From Antedon mediterranea (taxonomy: Eukaryota > Animalia > Echinodermata), in the NCBI RefSeq assembly GCF_964355755.1, contig NC_092678.1, positions 4,046,422 to 4,110,421 of the forward strand: a stretch of 64,000 nt of DNA. The letters are read 5' to 3'. Under the pieces are notes generated by a model, which made no database searches, was not told where the DNA came from, and saw nothing but the letters and a program-made list of their open reading frames with translations. Every line of letters starts with the position of its first letter. Position 1 is the first letter of the stretch. Both the position numbers and the translations under genes were made by a program. Positions 23,372-34,606 of the stretch are shown here, one piece after another.

Positions 23372-24389
23372 CTGCAAATAAGGATATGAAACAAATTTTA
23401 CCCGTGTACTGTACACTCTATGGAACAGAAAATCTTGCCAACTCGACCATGGCCACACTCTCACGATGCTTGAGTAGCCTCATCTTGCATTATTTGTGTA
23501 TTAAGGCATATATTACTCCATAGTTCTAATAGCACACTCACTTTTTAAGAACCCTGGAATAGATATAGTAGGTGGGACTTCTTTACAACATATAAAAAAA
23601 TGTACACAACAAATTATTTTACCGTTACAATGTAAGCAGCAATCTTTGGCGCCCAATTCCGAATAACCATACCTAGGAGTACCTGACTAATCAATACCGC
23701 GCATATTATAGCAATCGTGGTGTAGGGTATAACTGCGGTTTCTGATGTCCAGCTACTGCCGTAGATAAACATCAATGCAGGTAACATTCCAAGAGAAATT
23801 ATCATGGACAATGCTGTAGAGCAAACACTGAAAAGAAAAGTAAAAAGAAACCACTGATGAAGTTACTATTTAGAACCAACATACTGGAATTTTGGATGCT
23901 CCAGCACTATCCATACCATTACTCAAACTCATCAATATAACAGTTTTTCTGGTACTGAGAAGAAAAAGAATAGCTATGTAATTTAAATACCACTTACCTC
24001 ATACAAATATCACCATCAACCAAATAAGTGAAAAGCGATGAAGGAGAAGAGCCAGGACTAGCAACAACCAAAATAACACCAATAGCATAAGAACTTTGAA
24101 CATTCATAAGATAATTGAATATAAATCCAACAAGAGGATATGTCACAAACTGAGAGACGGTGCTGAGAACTATTCCGGCCGGGGACTGCCATTGTTGCTT
24201 GAAGTCATTGAAAGTCATTGTACATCCCATGGCAAGATTGATGCTAGCTATCAAAATAAAGAGGATGATTACCGTCCCAATCTTTATCGCTTCTAAACTT
24301 GATAGCAGGTCTGGTGATATCATATCATTTACATCAGTAGTGGTTTTAATTGATGACATCGTTGTTAACAATCCTTTTGAACTCAACAT
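22919..24389 (-). CDS. SLC10A: SLC10/BASS sodium-bile acid symporter family protein (~349 aa, 3 exons)
   Basis: Exons 24389-23998, 23827-23623, 23371-22919, phase-consistent. Motifs LAMGC, SQFVTYP, SPG, DGDICMSV, LGMLP, ILPIAGFSIGY, RCRTIALET match ASBT/NTCP-type proteins. Confidence 0.9.
23623..23827 (-). CDS. SLC10A: SLC10 exon 2
   Basis: ttttcag|T GTT TGC...ACG|gtaaaa. Confidence 0.85.
23998..24389 (-). CDS. SLC10A: SLC10 exon 1
   Basis: ATG...ATG AG|gtaagt, phase 2. Confidence 0.85.
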
Positions 24390-25359
24390 TATAAACCTTA
24401 AAATTTACACAATCAAGAGATACTATTCCAAATGGCTAAATAGTGATCCAAATAACATTATTGACCTAGTAATTCCACATCAGTTTCACAGAATCGCTGT
24501 TAAAGGGTGTGATACATCTATACACCTGAACAATTGCTGTATCAATGTCACCATCCCACCAGCAGAAATATTATATCCTTTCTCACTTTTGACAACCCTC
24601 GTAAATATGGTAATTAATTTTTGTTAACAAGTCATGTGACAAAGCGTTTTATTTGGAGGGAAAACAATATTAATTGTAATAATACATCTTTACTAGGTAC
24701 TGTATGAGTTTAGTTAAAATTCATCACAATTAAATTAGGATTTTAACTGATATTGTTTAGTTTATGACTGGTAGTTTGTAGCGTACTACTGCCCACACAT
24801 TGACATCACTACAAAATAAACACTATCAATTGTTTATTAAAATCATAAAATGATAATTTAGTAAATACAAAGTAAATGCTAGAGTTTACAAAATAATTTA
24901 GTTTATAACTTAAAGTATTCCACTTCACCAATTCATATTCTTTGTTCAAATACACATTTAGTGGCTAATCAATGTTTCAGTTTTTATACTTAGTTTTAGG
25001 TATTGGAAATCAATGACAATGAAACTGATGAAGTTGACCCTTCTTATTTCATTTTGTTTAATCAATCATTGGTATAAATTACGATGCCTCTTTTTCTCTG
25101 AGGCTTATCTATGTTTTGGTCCTCCATTCTTTTCCTTTCACATTGCTGGCATGTCCAATAATTTAAAAATTGCTAATAGTAATAGTACTGTGAAATATTT
25201 ACATTACAGTATGTTGTCCTTTCAAATATTGTTTAATGCCTGGTTTGAGTACCATAGAGCACTGCTATAACCAACTAGAAAAAAAGACTTAGTGTAGTTG
25301 TGGAAAGCATAGCTGGAGAAACTGCCGCAAATGTTCACTATTTTGAATAATTTAAGTGC

Positions 25360-28300
25360 TCAGTGATCTTCGTAATCCAATCTTTCAATTAGTTCTTGTG
25401 GAATACCTAGTTGCCAAAGTTGTGGCACGGACATTCGTTGAATCTTTGGTATCAAGTGCAAAACTTTACTCCAACAAAGTTCTAATAGATTTGGTACAAC
25501 CAACCAGATTCTACTTAGTTTGAGACTCCTTTTATCCCCAGTCAACGTCTTTACTCCTCCATGAATGTACATGCATCCAGCCTGAAAGAAAGACCACACA
25601 GAAGTTAATACTAATGCAGGTGTAAGCCCAGTATGGGGAAGTTTAATCATCAACAAATTTGACTGTGTCTGCTATTCTTTGACAACATTTACTTACAGGA
25701 GTTACAGCTGACGCATGAAAATACAGTGGAAATAAGAGCTTGGCACTACATTTTGTCCACTGACAATCTTGAAGGGATAATCTCCAAATATCATCATGCA
25801 TTTTCCTTTCATTCAGACCTCCACTTATATATGCATCTGAAACAAAGACATTATTTATGAGCCATCTTGGATACAAGCAGGTATACTGTAATGATGCAGG
25901 AATATTCATACACTGGTGTATAGTCCCACACATTAAATTCATTGTTCTGGACGGCATACGCTCCGCACTTTTTGACCCTTTTAAATACAAGGTATCAAAG
26001 AGATTATAATTGATTATGGCATCGAATATGGCCTTAACCTAGTTAACTCTCTAATACAATAGTATCTACTATGAGACTGTTCATCTTACGATCTTTTAGC
26101 TGGCAACAACCAAAACACCTCCTATTGGCAGGATATCCATGGACTTCATCATTTTTACTCTGATGTTTTTTCCATGTTTTTGTTTGAAGATTGAAAATAT
26201 AAATCTAAAAGCAACAAAAAAACCCTGTTAATGCAAACATAAAATGGAACAAATGTTCAATACTTGGACACTCTTTTACACTTACTATATCTAGCTCGTA
26301 TGCCTCTCCAGATGTGCCTCCTCCGAGTACATATAAATTATTCTGGTCTGACAACATCTCATGACGATAGCGAGGCCTTGGAGAAGTGACATGATCATGC
26401 GGGTCTGAAAAGTGGTGCAACCAGTCTGTCGATGAATCATACATACTCGTCCACTCCCCACTCTGCATATTGTAACGATCAACGTTTGAAATGTAGGACC
26501 AGCCTGTTGTCCCACCGTATGTATAAACATTGCCTTCATTAACGCTTATCGCCTACAAAAAAAGAAGCAAAATTGAATTCAAAAGTTGTTATAGTTTTGT
26601 TATGAGTCAAATTTTGTTGTAAATTATATTCACTTACGCAGCCATATGTTGGGACTGGGGAATACTCTTCAGGTTCATGACATCTCCATTCTAAAGACTT
26701 TGTGCTCAAAGTGTAGATCTTGTTGCTGGATGTGATTCCAAATGGATAGCCTACAGTACAAAATATATAGATGTATTATTATTATTTTAATTCTGCTTTT
26801 GTTTTTAACATTTTTCAAGAAAATCAGATATCACTACAGTACTATATTTAGAGAGTTATTGTGTTGGTTAATTATCATTGTTAATGAATTTTTCGTCGTG
26901 AGGTGGTTTCCCGAATGATCGTAAAATCAAAACGGTACTGGGTATGACCAACTAGCGTTATTGTCACCGGCTAGTCATCCATTCATAGAAGTACTAATGT
27001 AGTAGCCTACCTGTACGGTGACCATAGAATGTGACCCGAGGCATGACTAACTACGACTTTTAGATGATAGAAAGTTGAGAAAAAATGTTACGAGTAGTTG
27101 TACGACATGAAGATGTTTATGAAATTATGTCAATAATGTTTACACACTAGGCATACAAATAGTAATGTTTGTTAGTAAAAATAATTTTGAGTTAATAAGA
27201 ATAAGATATAAGGAAGAAAAGCAAAGAGACTATGGAGCGGCTATTCCTGAATATACAATACTAAGTATCGTAGATTTAAATTATAAATTTTAGGCGATCT
27301 TATCAAAGGTCAAGCGCCATATAGCCTGCCACGTTTCGATATTCAATATTGAACTTGACCATTGTTAATGAATTTTTTTTACCTGTTCCACCATAGACAA
27401 TAACAGTAGAACCAACCAAAATCATAGCCATCGATGCCAGTTCAGTAGGCATTGGACCAGATGTACTCATCTTTTTCCATCGAGATGTAGCAAAATTGAA
27501 CTCCCATAGCTTGGAACGAAATAAGAAAAGTTATATAGTTAGTTTTAATGGGACATGATTTAATTGTTAATACTATAGAATTCCCCTTTCTCATCAAGTT
27601 TAAAAATAGCAGATTCACTCCCAACATCTTTCTTCTATCCACAACTTTAATTCTCCCAATTAAGTTATTATCAACCTTTTTTGCTTTCACGTGACAAGTA
27701 GCAAATGCCATGCTCACATTGGTCACAAACATGAGAATGCATATACAATTTAGCATGGCGCATCAGGAAAACGAAAAGTGGAATGCTACTACTACTTCTT
27801 GGCCGTAGCAGCATTGTGTAGTCTTTTGTTGTTACCTCATCAAAGAGTGGAATAATTGTTTCTATGTCTTCTGCATTAAAGTCATCATAGTATCGTTTTA
27901 GTGTCTCTATGTTTGGGTTATACCCTCCAAAGACATACAGGCGTGTCTTATCAGCAACACAACGATGTCCACTTCTTGCACATGGCTTTTTACCTTATAA
28001 CAAAATACATACATTTATTGTTAATAAAATATTTAAAATAGTATTTACACCCACCCTATACACTACTACTAGTATGCAATAATTATTAAATCAATAATCA
28101 ATATGTTCTATTTATCTCTATGTGGGCAAGCAAGGCCTAAAAGTATCACATATAACACGATCAACCATAATAAAATAAACAAGGGACAGTATATAATTCT
28201 TAGGTAGGCCTAAGGATTTTTTTTACCTGGATGAACAGGGAAGCAACCCACCTAGCTAGACCTACTAGAGTAGTAGATAGGGGCCTAGCCTCAGTATAAT

Positions 28301-28549
28301 TCTTAGGTAGGCCTAAGGATTTTTTTTACCTGGATGAACAGGGAAGCAACCCACCTAGCTAGACCTACTAGAGTAGTAGATAGGGGCCTTAGCCTAGGCC
28401 CTAAACCTTAAAAGTATAATATACACCATTTTGCCGATTAAATATTATGTATCTTGTTAACATATAAAAATAAAGCAATTACCAGATTCCTTCTCTGGTA
28501 ATGTCCGCAATTCATACACTTTTCCAATTGTATTACTATTGAAATTCAT
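25360..28549 (-). CDS. KLHDC10: Kelch domain-containing protein 10 (CRL2 substrate receptor), 8 exons, ~402 aa
   Basis: Exons 28549-28483, 27993-27836, 27509-27383, 26750-26638, 26552-26286, 26204-26090, 25836-25697, 25581-25360 (TGA), all phase-consistent. Motifs ARSGHRCVAD..LYVFGGYNP, MPTELASM, RYRHE, YFHASAVTPAGCMYIHGGV and WLVVPNLLELCW (BC box) match KLHDC10. Confidence 0.95.
26876..27377. mobile_element. ~466-bp insertion flanked by an 18-bp direct repeat in KLHDC10 intron 3
   Basis: cattgttaatgaattttt at 26876-26893 and at 27360-27377. Confidence 0.55.
28187..28395. repeat. ~103-bp tandem duplication in KLHDC10 intron 1
   Basis: Near-identical copies at 28187-28291 and 28292-28395. 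Confidence 0.9.
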
Positions 28550-28866
28550 TTTTAGTATACTGACATTTCCATAAAATGATCATCAAAACAAAAACAGGTC
28601 AAATGAGACAGCGCCCTCATAATAATAAAAGTGCAGCGTGCACACGTGTGTCAACTGTCAGAAAATCAAATAAATCAAAGCATTCTGACAAGACCCTCGT
28701 CGAATTAAGTGAGGGCAGGCGTTTTTGTATTATCAAAAAGGCCTTAGATTAAAGTATTATAACAAACACACATAGTTATAAATGTGTTTACTAGCCTAGG
28801 TTTACGTTAGAGATTAATTGTTTAGATATTTCAGGATAAATTAATGTAATTAATAGAGTAAGTAGG

Positions 28867-29596
28867 CGGCTAGACTAGGCCTATACAGGCTACACCACCA
28901 GATAGGCCTAGACTAGAGTGCTAAGGCAGCCGCAGAGAGTTTCGAGCCGAGGGCTATGCCTAGAGTTAGTAGGCTAGTAAGGAACAGGCATTTACTAGTA
29001 ACCTGTAGAATTTATAGGGTTATCCTCTTGGTCTCATCCTGTATTATTGTTTTTTATAAATGAGCAACAAATAAAAAACAAAGTATTTCTAATTCGGCCT
29101 CCAGAATTAGTCAAATAGAAAGATCAAGACTATGGCAAATAAAATAAGAAAAAAAAGTTGACAAGTTTGCAGCACCATGCTAACCAGCCCAGAGACGGAT
29201 TTAGTATAAGTAAGAAGGTGGGGTGCATCAGACAAGGTCTTCTGAAGGATCTTGAGTACTTGATATAGGATAAATAATAGACTACGGCTAAACTAGGCCT
29301 ACTACCAGATAGGCCTAGAGTTAGGAGCTTGCAGGTGGTAAGGAACAGGCGTTTTCTAGTAACCTGTAGAATTTATTTCATTTGTATTAAATATTGTTTT
29401 TGATGAATGAGCAACAAATAAAAAATTACTAATTCGGCCTCCAGATTTACCCAAATCAAAAGATCAAGACTATGGAAAATAATATAAGAAAAAAAAGTTG
29501 ACAAGTAGCACCAGCCCAGAGACGGCTTTGGTATAAGAAGGAGGTGGGGTGCATCAGGCAAGGTCTTCTGAAGGATCGATATAGTCTTGAGTACTT
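28867..29596. repeat. Diverged tandem duplication (~395 and ~310 bp) upstream of KLHDC10
   Basis: Shared blocks taaggaacaggc..tagtaacctgtagaattt, ctaattcggcctccaga, aagatcaagactatgg, ccagcccagagacgg, aaggtcttctgaaggatc in 28867-29261 and 29286-29596. Confidence 0.85.
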
Positions 29597-30819
29597 AAAC
29601 CAGATGCTACTACTGCAGTGCTGTTGAAATTTAGTCCTTCAAGTAGCCCAAGGATGGAGGAAGATGTAAACATCAATATTTAGGCGTGCAGGTCATCTTC
29701 CGAGGTCAGGATATTTCCAGTCTTTTTATATACAGCTGTACACTTCTTACTAAACTGGTATAATGGTGTCGGGCTTTGAGACTGTTAATGCCACAAACAC
29801 AAATATATCTTTAACGTAAATTTCTTCTTTGAAGTGATATTTTCAACTCTGTATAAGGCATATCTGGAGTGGAGGCATTAAATTGAACAAAAACACCCAC
29901 TCCTTTAACAATGCCAACATTTTTTTAAAAAGTTGATAGTGCACTGTGCTGGTGTATTTCTTTAGTGTCTGTTTACGCACAGTACTTGGTTTTCAGTGAT
30001 GACAATAGCCAATAGGGCCTACTCTCTGTATGGTGAAAACCAATAAACTAAATTCTTGAATTATTTCAATACAAAGTTTTTATTAAAATACTTGTCATGT
30101 CTAAATAAGTGTTCACAAAGAAGCCTGCTTTTCTGTCTTCCTGTAGACTTTATCTTTCTGCAGACAGTAAGACTTTATATTTGATTGTAGATCACACTCT
30201 TCAGTTCATTTACTGGTATATTTTTATCTCTTCACCAATCCTATTTCCCCATTCTAAATCATATACAGAACAGTATTTTAAAAATGTTTTCTATCACCTG
30301 TTTACATGTATTGTCTGTTAAACTATGTTTTCAAAACCTATTTTTTTACCCATAAACATTTCTTTTAAATATATTGTGTTGAGTTGAAAATTATTTTCAA
30401 CTTTTGTGTATTATGTTGATTTCTGTTTGGTTAATTCTTGATTGTTAATTTTTAAGTATCTGTTTAATTTTATATAATGTGTATGTTTTATCTTGTGTAT
30501 ATACACAATTCAATGTTGCATTTATTTTTGTTAATTTTCATTCAAGTTTTTTCAAAATTATTTTGAGTGTTATTTGTTACATTAATATTTTGTATATTAT
30601 TTTAATTTTTTTCCCTTTTTGTTTTGAATATTAGTTTGGAATTATTGTTTCTGGACATTATTTTCTGTTGTGTTATATACTAACATATTATTTACCCATT
30701 AACATTGTTTTTTTGTCAAGTCATATACAGTATTTCAAATATATTCCTTATCCATTAACACTGATTATCCATACTTATTCAAAAGAAGAGTGTCTTCATA
30801 CTTCACTAATGTGACATTT

Positions 30820-31886
30820 AGTTGAGTTCCCTCGTGTACAGTTTCCTCTCTTGTCTATCAGGGATGTTATGATTGAATTCCCTCAACTGCAGTTTCTTCT
30901 CATCCTTCAGTGATGTATGATAATCAGTTGAGTTCCCTTAACTGCAGTTCTGTTGTCTTCCAGGGATGTTATGATTGAATTCCCTCAACTGCAGTTTCTT
31001 CTCATCCTTCAGTGATGTATGATAATCAGTTGAGTTCCCTTAACTGCAGTTCTGTTGTCTTCCAGTGATGTTATGATTGAATTACCTCAACTGCAGTTTC
31101 CTCTCATCCTTCAGTGATATATGATAAATCAGTTGAGTTCCCTTAACTGCAGTTCTGTTGTCTTCCAGTGATGTTATTATTGAATTCTCTCAACTGCAGT
31201 TTCCTCTCATCCTTCAGTGATGTATGATAATCAGTTAACTGCAGTTCTGTTGTCTTCCAGTGATGCTATGATTGAATTCCCTCAACTGCAGTTTCCTCTC
31301 ATCTTTCAGTGATGTATGGTGATCAGTTGAGTTCCCTTTAACTGCAGTTCTGTTGTCTTCCAGTGATGTTATTATTGAATTCTCTCAACTGCAGTTTCCC
31401 CTCATCTTTCAGTGATATATGATAAATCAGTTGAGTTCCCTTGCAGTTCTGTTGTCTTTCAGTGATGTTATGATTGAATTCCCTCAACTGCATTTCCTCT
31501 CATCCTTCAGTGATGTATGATGATCAGTTGAGTTCCCTTAACTGTAGTTCTGTTGTCTTCCAGTGATGTTATTGAATTCTCTCAACTGCAGTTTCCTCTC
31601 ATCCTTCAGTGATGTATGATAATCGGTTAACTGCAGTTCTGTTGTCTTCCAGTGATGCTATGATTGAATTCCCTCAACTGTAGTTTCTTCTCATCCTTCA
31701 GTGATGTATGGTGATCAGCTGAGTTCCCTTAACTGCAGATCTGTTGTGCTGTTCAAGTGATGCTATATGATTTAATTCCCCCAACTGCAGTTTTCTCTCA
31801 TCCTTCAGAGTGATGTATGATAATCAGTTGAGTTCCTTTAACTGCAATTCTGTTGTCTTCCAGTGATGTATGATTCAGGGAACTGT
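30820..31886. repeat. Satellite/minisatellite, ~102-bp unit of two diverged ~51-bp halves, about 10 copies
   Basis: Unit cagtgatgttatgattgaattccctcaactgcagtttcctctcatccttcagtgatgtatgataatcagttgagttcccttaactgcagttctgttgtcttc; period 102 (30892 to 30994). Confidence 0.95.
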
Positions 31887-32095
31887 AACTTTATCAGCCA
31901 AATCATTTCCATCAGCTTTTCTTAGTGCTACAATTTATTTTTTTATATATACTGTACTATATAAAAATATACAGTATTACAAATAATTTACCCAAAAAAA
32001 AAAGAAAAAAATACTGCAATATCCTGTTGTTATTCTAAAACTTTGAGTTAAGTGGTATAAAAATGTTTATTTGCCTGTATGGTACAGTGTGCGTT

Positions 32096-32985
32096 TCAAA
32101 ATGTTTTTCCTTGATGTGATTTAAGAAAGAGGGCGCCATTATCAATATGCCTTATTTGATAATTTATTATCGTAGGATGAGATTGAAACAATGTCAAAAT
32201 GTTTTTCCTTGATGTGATTTAAGAAAGAGGGCGCCATTATCAATATGCCTTATTTGATGATTTAGGATGAGATTGAAACAATGTTACGCTACCTACATAT
32301 GCAATTATTGAACTAAAATTTATATAAAACTTATTGATATAAAAAATAATGTTGCGAGCAGAAATACTGTAGTAATCTGGTAAAAAAAACGTTTCTGTTA
32401 ATTAAGGTACTACTGTACTAAATATTGACCGCAAGATCCTAGAAAGAGGGCGCTATTACTCATAAATATTCATGAAACATGTATTCGTTATCGTAAGGAT
32501 TAGATTGTTATTAACTGAAACGATATTCCACTACCTACATGTACGGGATATTGAACTTAGTTAATTGATGCTTGTATTCATATTTATGGAAAAATGAATG
32601 TTATAAGTAAAAATATTTACCTTTAAAAAATAAAATTCTGTTTTCTTGTAATCCGCACAAGACTTGAAAAGATAGCGATTTCTCATAAGTATTCATGATT
32701 TGTAACGTGATACGATCAAAAGATCTTGTAAAGAGGGCGCTCTTCCTCATAAATATTCATGATTTGTTTAAAAATAATTTTTAATATTGCCACCGATTTA
32801 AAGGTGTAAGTTAAAATAAATAAATCATGCAATAATAATGTAACGTTACTTAATATTTTATGTAATATGCGAACACTAATGTTATTAACAGAATATTTCA
32901 ACTAGTAACCTGATACGTTCAAAAGATATTGTAAAGAGTCCGCTATTACTCATAAATATTCATGATTTGTTGAAAAATTATTTGA
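32096..32985 (+). promoter_or_regulatory. Array of AAAGAGGGCGC / CTCATAAATATTCATG elements upstream of U1 copy 1 (DSE-like)
   Basis: AAAGAGGGCGC-like at 32126, 32224, 32443, 32668 (degenerate), 32730, 32933 (degenerate); CTCATAA[A/G]TATTCATG at 32459, 32682, 32746, 32949. Confidence 0.55.
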
Positions 32986-33125
32986 AATATTGTTTAAACT
33001 GTTATTTACTTAAAAAATATTGTAATAATTGAATATTTGTTTATTTACATTAGGCCTAATGTTTTTGTTTAGGCCTATGTAATAGTAATCCAAGAATTTA
33101 CCCAAAAAAATGTAATTTTAGGATT

Positions 33126-33153
33126 CCATTATGACACTAAAAATGTATGTAAA
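33126..33153 (+). promoter_or_regulatory. Proximal sequence element (PSE) candidate, U1 copy 1
   Basis: ccattatgacactaaaaatgtatgtaaag at about -67 to -40, identical upstream of both U1 copies while the surrounding DNA diverges. Confidence 0.6.
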
Positions 33154-33192
33154 GTTTGTTGATATAGGTATTGTCCTGAACACGTGTTAAGC

Positions 33193-33359
33193 ATACTTAC
33201 CTGGCACAGGAGTGACTTTGATCAAGAAGGAAGTCCTCCCAGCGCGAGGCCATGGCATTGCACATTTACGCTGTGGTTGACCGTTGCGATTCCCTCAAAT
33301 GTAGGGAACTCGGGTGTAAAATTTATGGTAGCGGGGGACTGCGTTCGCGCTAACCCCCA
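33193..33359 (+). ncRNA. RNU1: U1 spliceosomal snRNA, copy 1
   Basis: 5' ATACTTACCTGG; loop I GATCAAGAAG; loop II ATTGCAC; Sm site AATTTATGG; stem-loop IV GGGGGACTGCGTTCGCGCTAACCCCC; stems pair; 3'-box-like actaaaagtagaa downstream. Confidence 0.97.
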
Positions 33360-34196
33360 ATTATGAACTAAAAGTAGAATTGTAGTATAAACACATTATA
33401 ATTAATCTGATATTATGTGTTAGTATTTAGAACTTTGTAGTTTATGTTATTTGTATTTTTGTCTGTAAAATTGAAGCACCATTAACTGATAATGTGTGCC
33501 ACCGATATAAAGATGATTCCTATAAATATATACTGTATGGCTTTACGTCGCTCTACCCGTTATGCAACGTATAGAACTACGAAAGTACGTCTTTTATTCA
33601 CAGAATAATGTTGAGTATTCAGTATGGATAGTACAGTAGTATGCAATAATGTATAAAGGTTAAGAATAGAAATAGTGTTATTAAAGAGATTTAAAAAAAA
33701 CAACGAGAAAATGTATAGAAATTATGAATTAATCCTCACACTTAAAAAATATTTATTGAATAAAGGTGGTGGTTAACCACAAAAAATACACCCCTTAAAA
33801 ATTATACATATACAGTATATTCAGTAGGCCTACATAAAAAACTTTATTAAACATTTTCAATCCATACTGTACGATAGTTTTATCAATTACCTTTTTATTT
33901 TTGATATGTTTTTCTCCTTTTTTTAAAATTGATTTTTAGTTATACTGTACTCTCACATTGGGTGTGTAGATATTATACATTTATTTTCAAAATACAATGT
34001 TAGTTGTATTAATTATTTACTTTTACACACTCGCACCAGAGTGTTATTGACTGCCACCGATTTAAAGGTGCAAGTTCAAATAGATAAATGATGCAATAAT
34101 AATGTAACGTTACTTAATATTTTATATAATACGCAAACACTAATGTCATTAGCAGAATATTTCATCTTGTAACGTGATACGATAAAACGATCTTGT

Positions 34197-34228
34197 AAAG
34201 AGGGCGCTCTTCCTCATAAATATTCATG
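34197..34228 (+). promoter_or_regulatory. Distal sequence element candidate, U1 copy 2
   Basis: AAAGAGGGCGC-tcttc-CTCATAAATATTCATG at -243 to -212. Confidence 0.55.
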
Positions 34229-34439
34229 ATTTGTTTAAAAATATTTGAAATGTTGTTTAACTGTTTTTTCAGGAAAAATATTGTAACACTGTAATTGAAT
34301 TTTTGTTTACTAAGATTAATGTTTTGTTTTATGTAATACAAGAATGTACAAAAAAAGTGAAATGGTAGGATACCATTATGACACTAAAAATGTATGTAAA
34401 GTTTTTTGACATAGGTATTGTCCTGAACACGTGTCAAGC

Positions 34440-34606
34440 ATACTTACCTGGCACAGGAGTGACTTTGATCAAGAAGGAAGTCCTCCCAGCGCGAGGCCAT
34501 GGCATTGCACATTTACGCTGTGGTTGACCGTTGCGATTCCCTCAAATGTAGGGAACTCGGGTGTAAAATTTATGGTAGCGGGGGACTGCGTTCGCGCTAA
34601 CCCCCA
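34440..34606 (+). ncRNA. RNU1: U1 spliceosomal snRNA, copy 2
   Basis: Identical to copy 1 by eye, 1247 bp downstream, with the same PSE and 3' box. Confidence 0.97.

Noticed and set aside
30080-30800. T-rich tract as a decayed LINE/Penelope ORF (VLMDKEY-like peptide on the minus strand)
   Set aside because: Many stops and internal degenerate repeats; similarity too short to support.
30820-31886. CRISPR array or C/D snoRNA cluster
   Set aside because: No unique spacers and a eukaryotic context; no consistent RUGAUGA/CUGA boxes.
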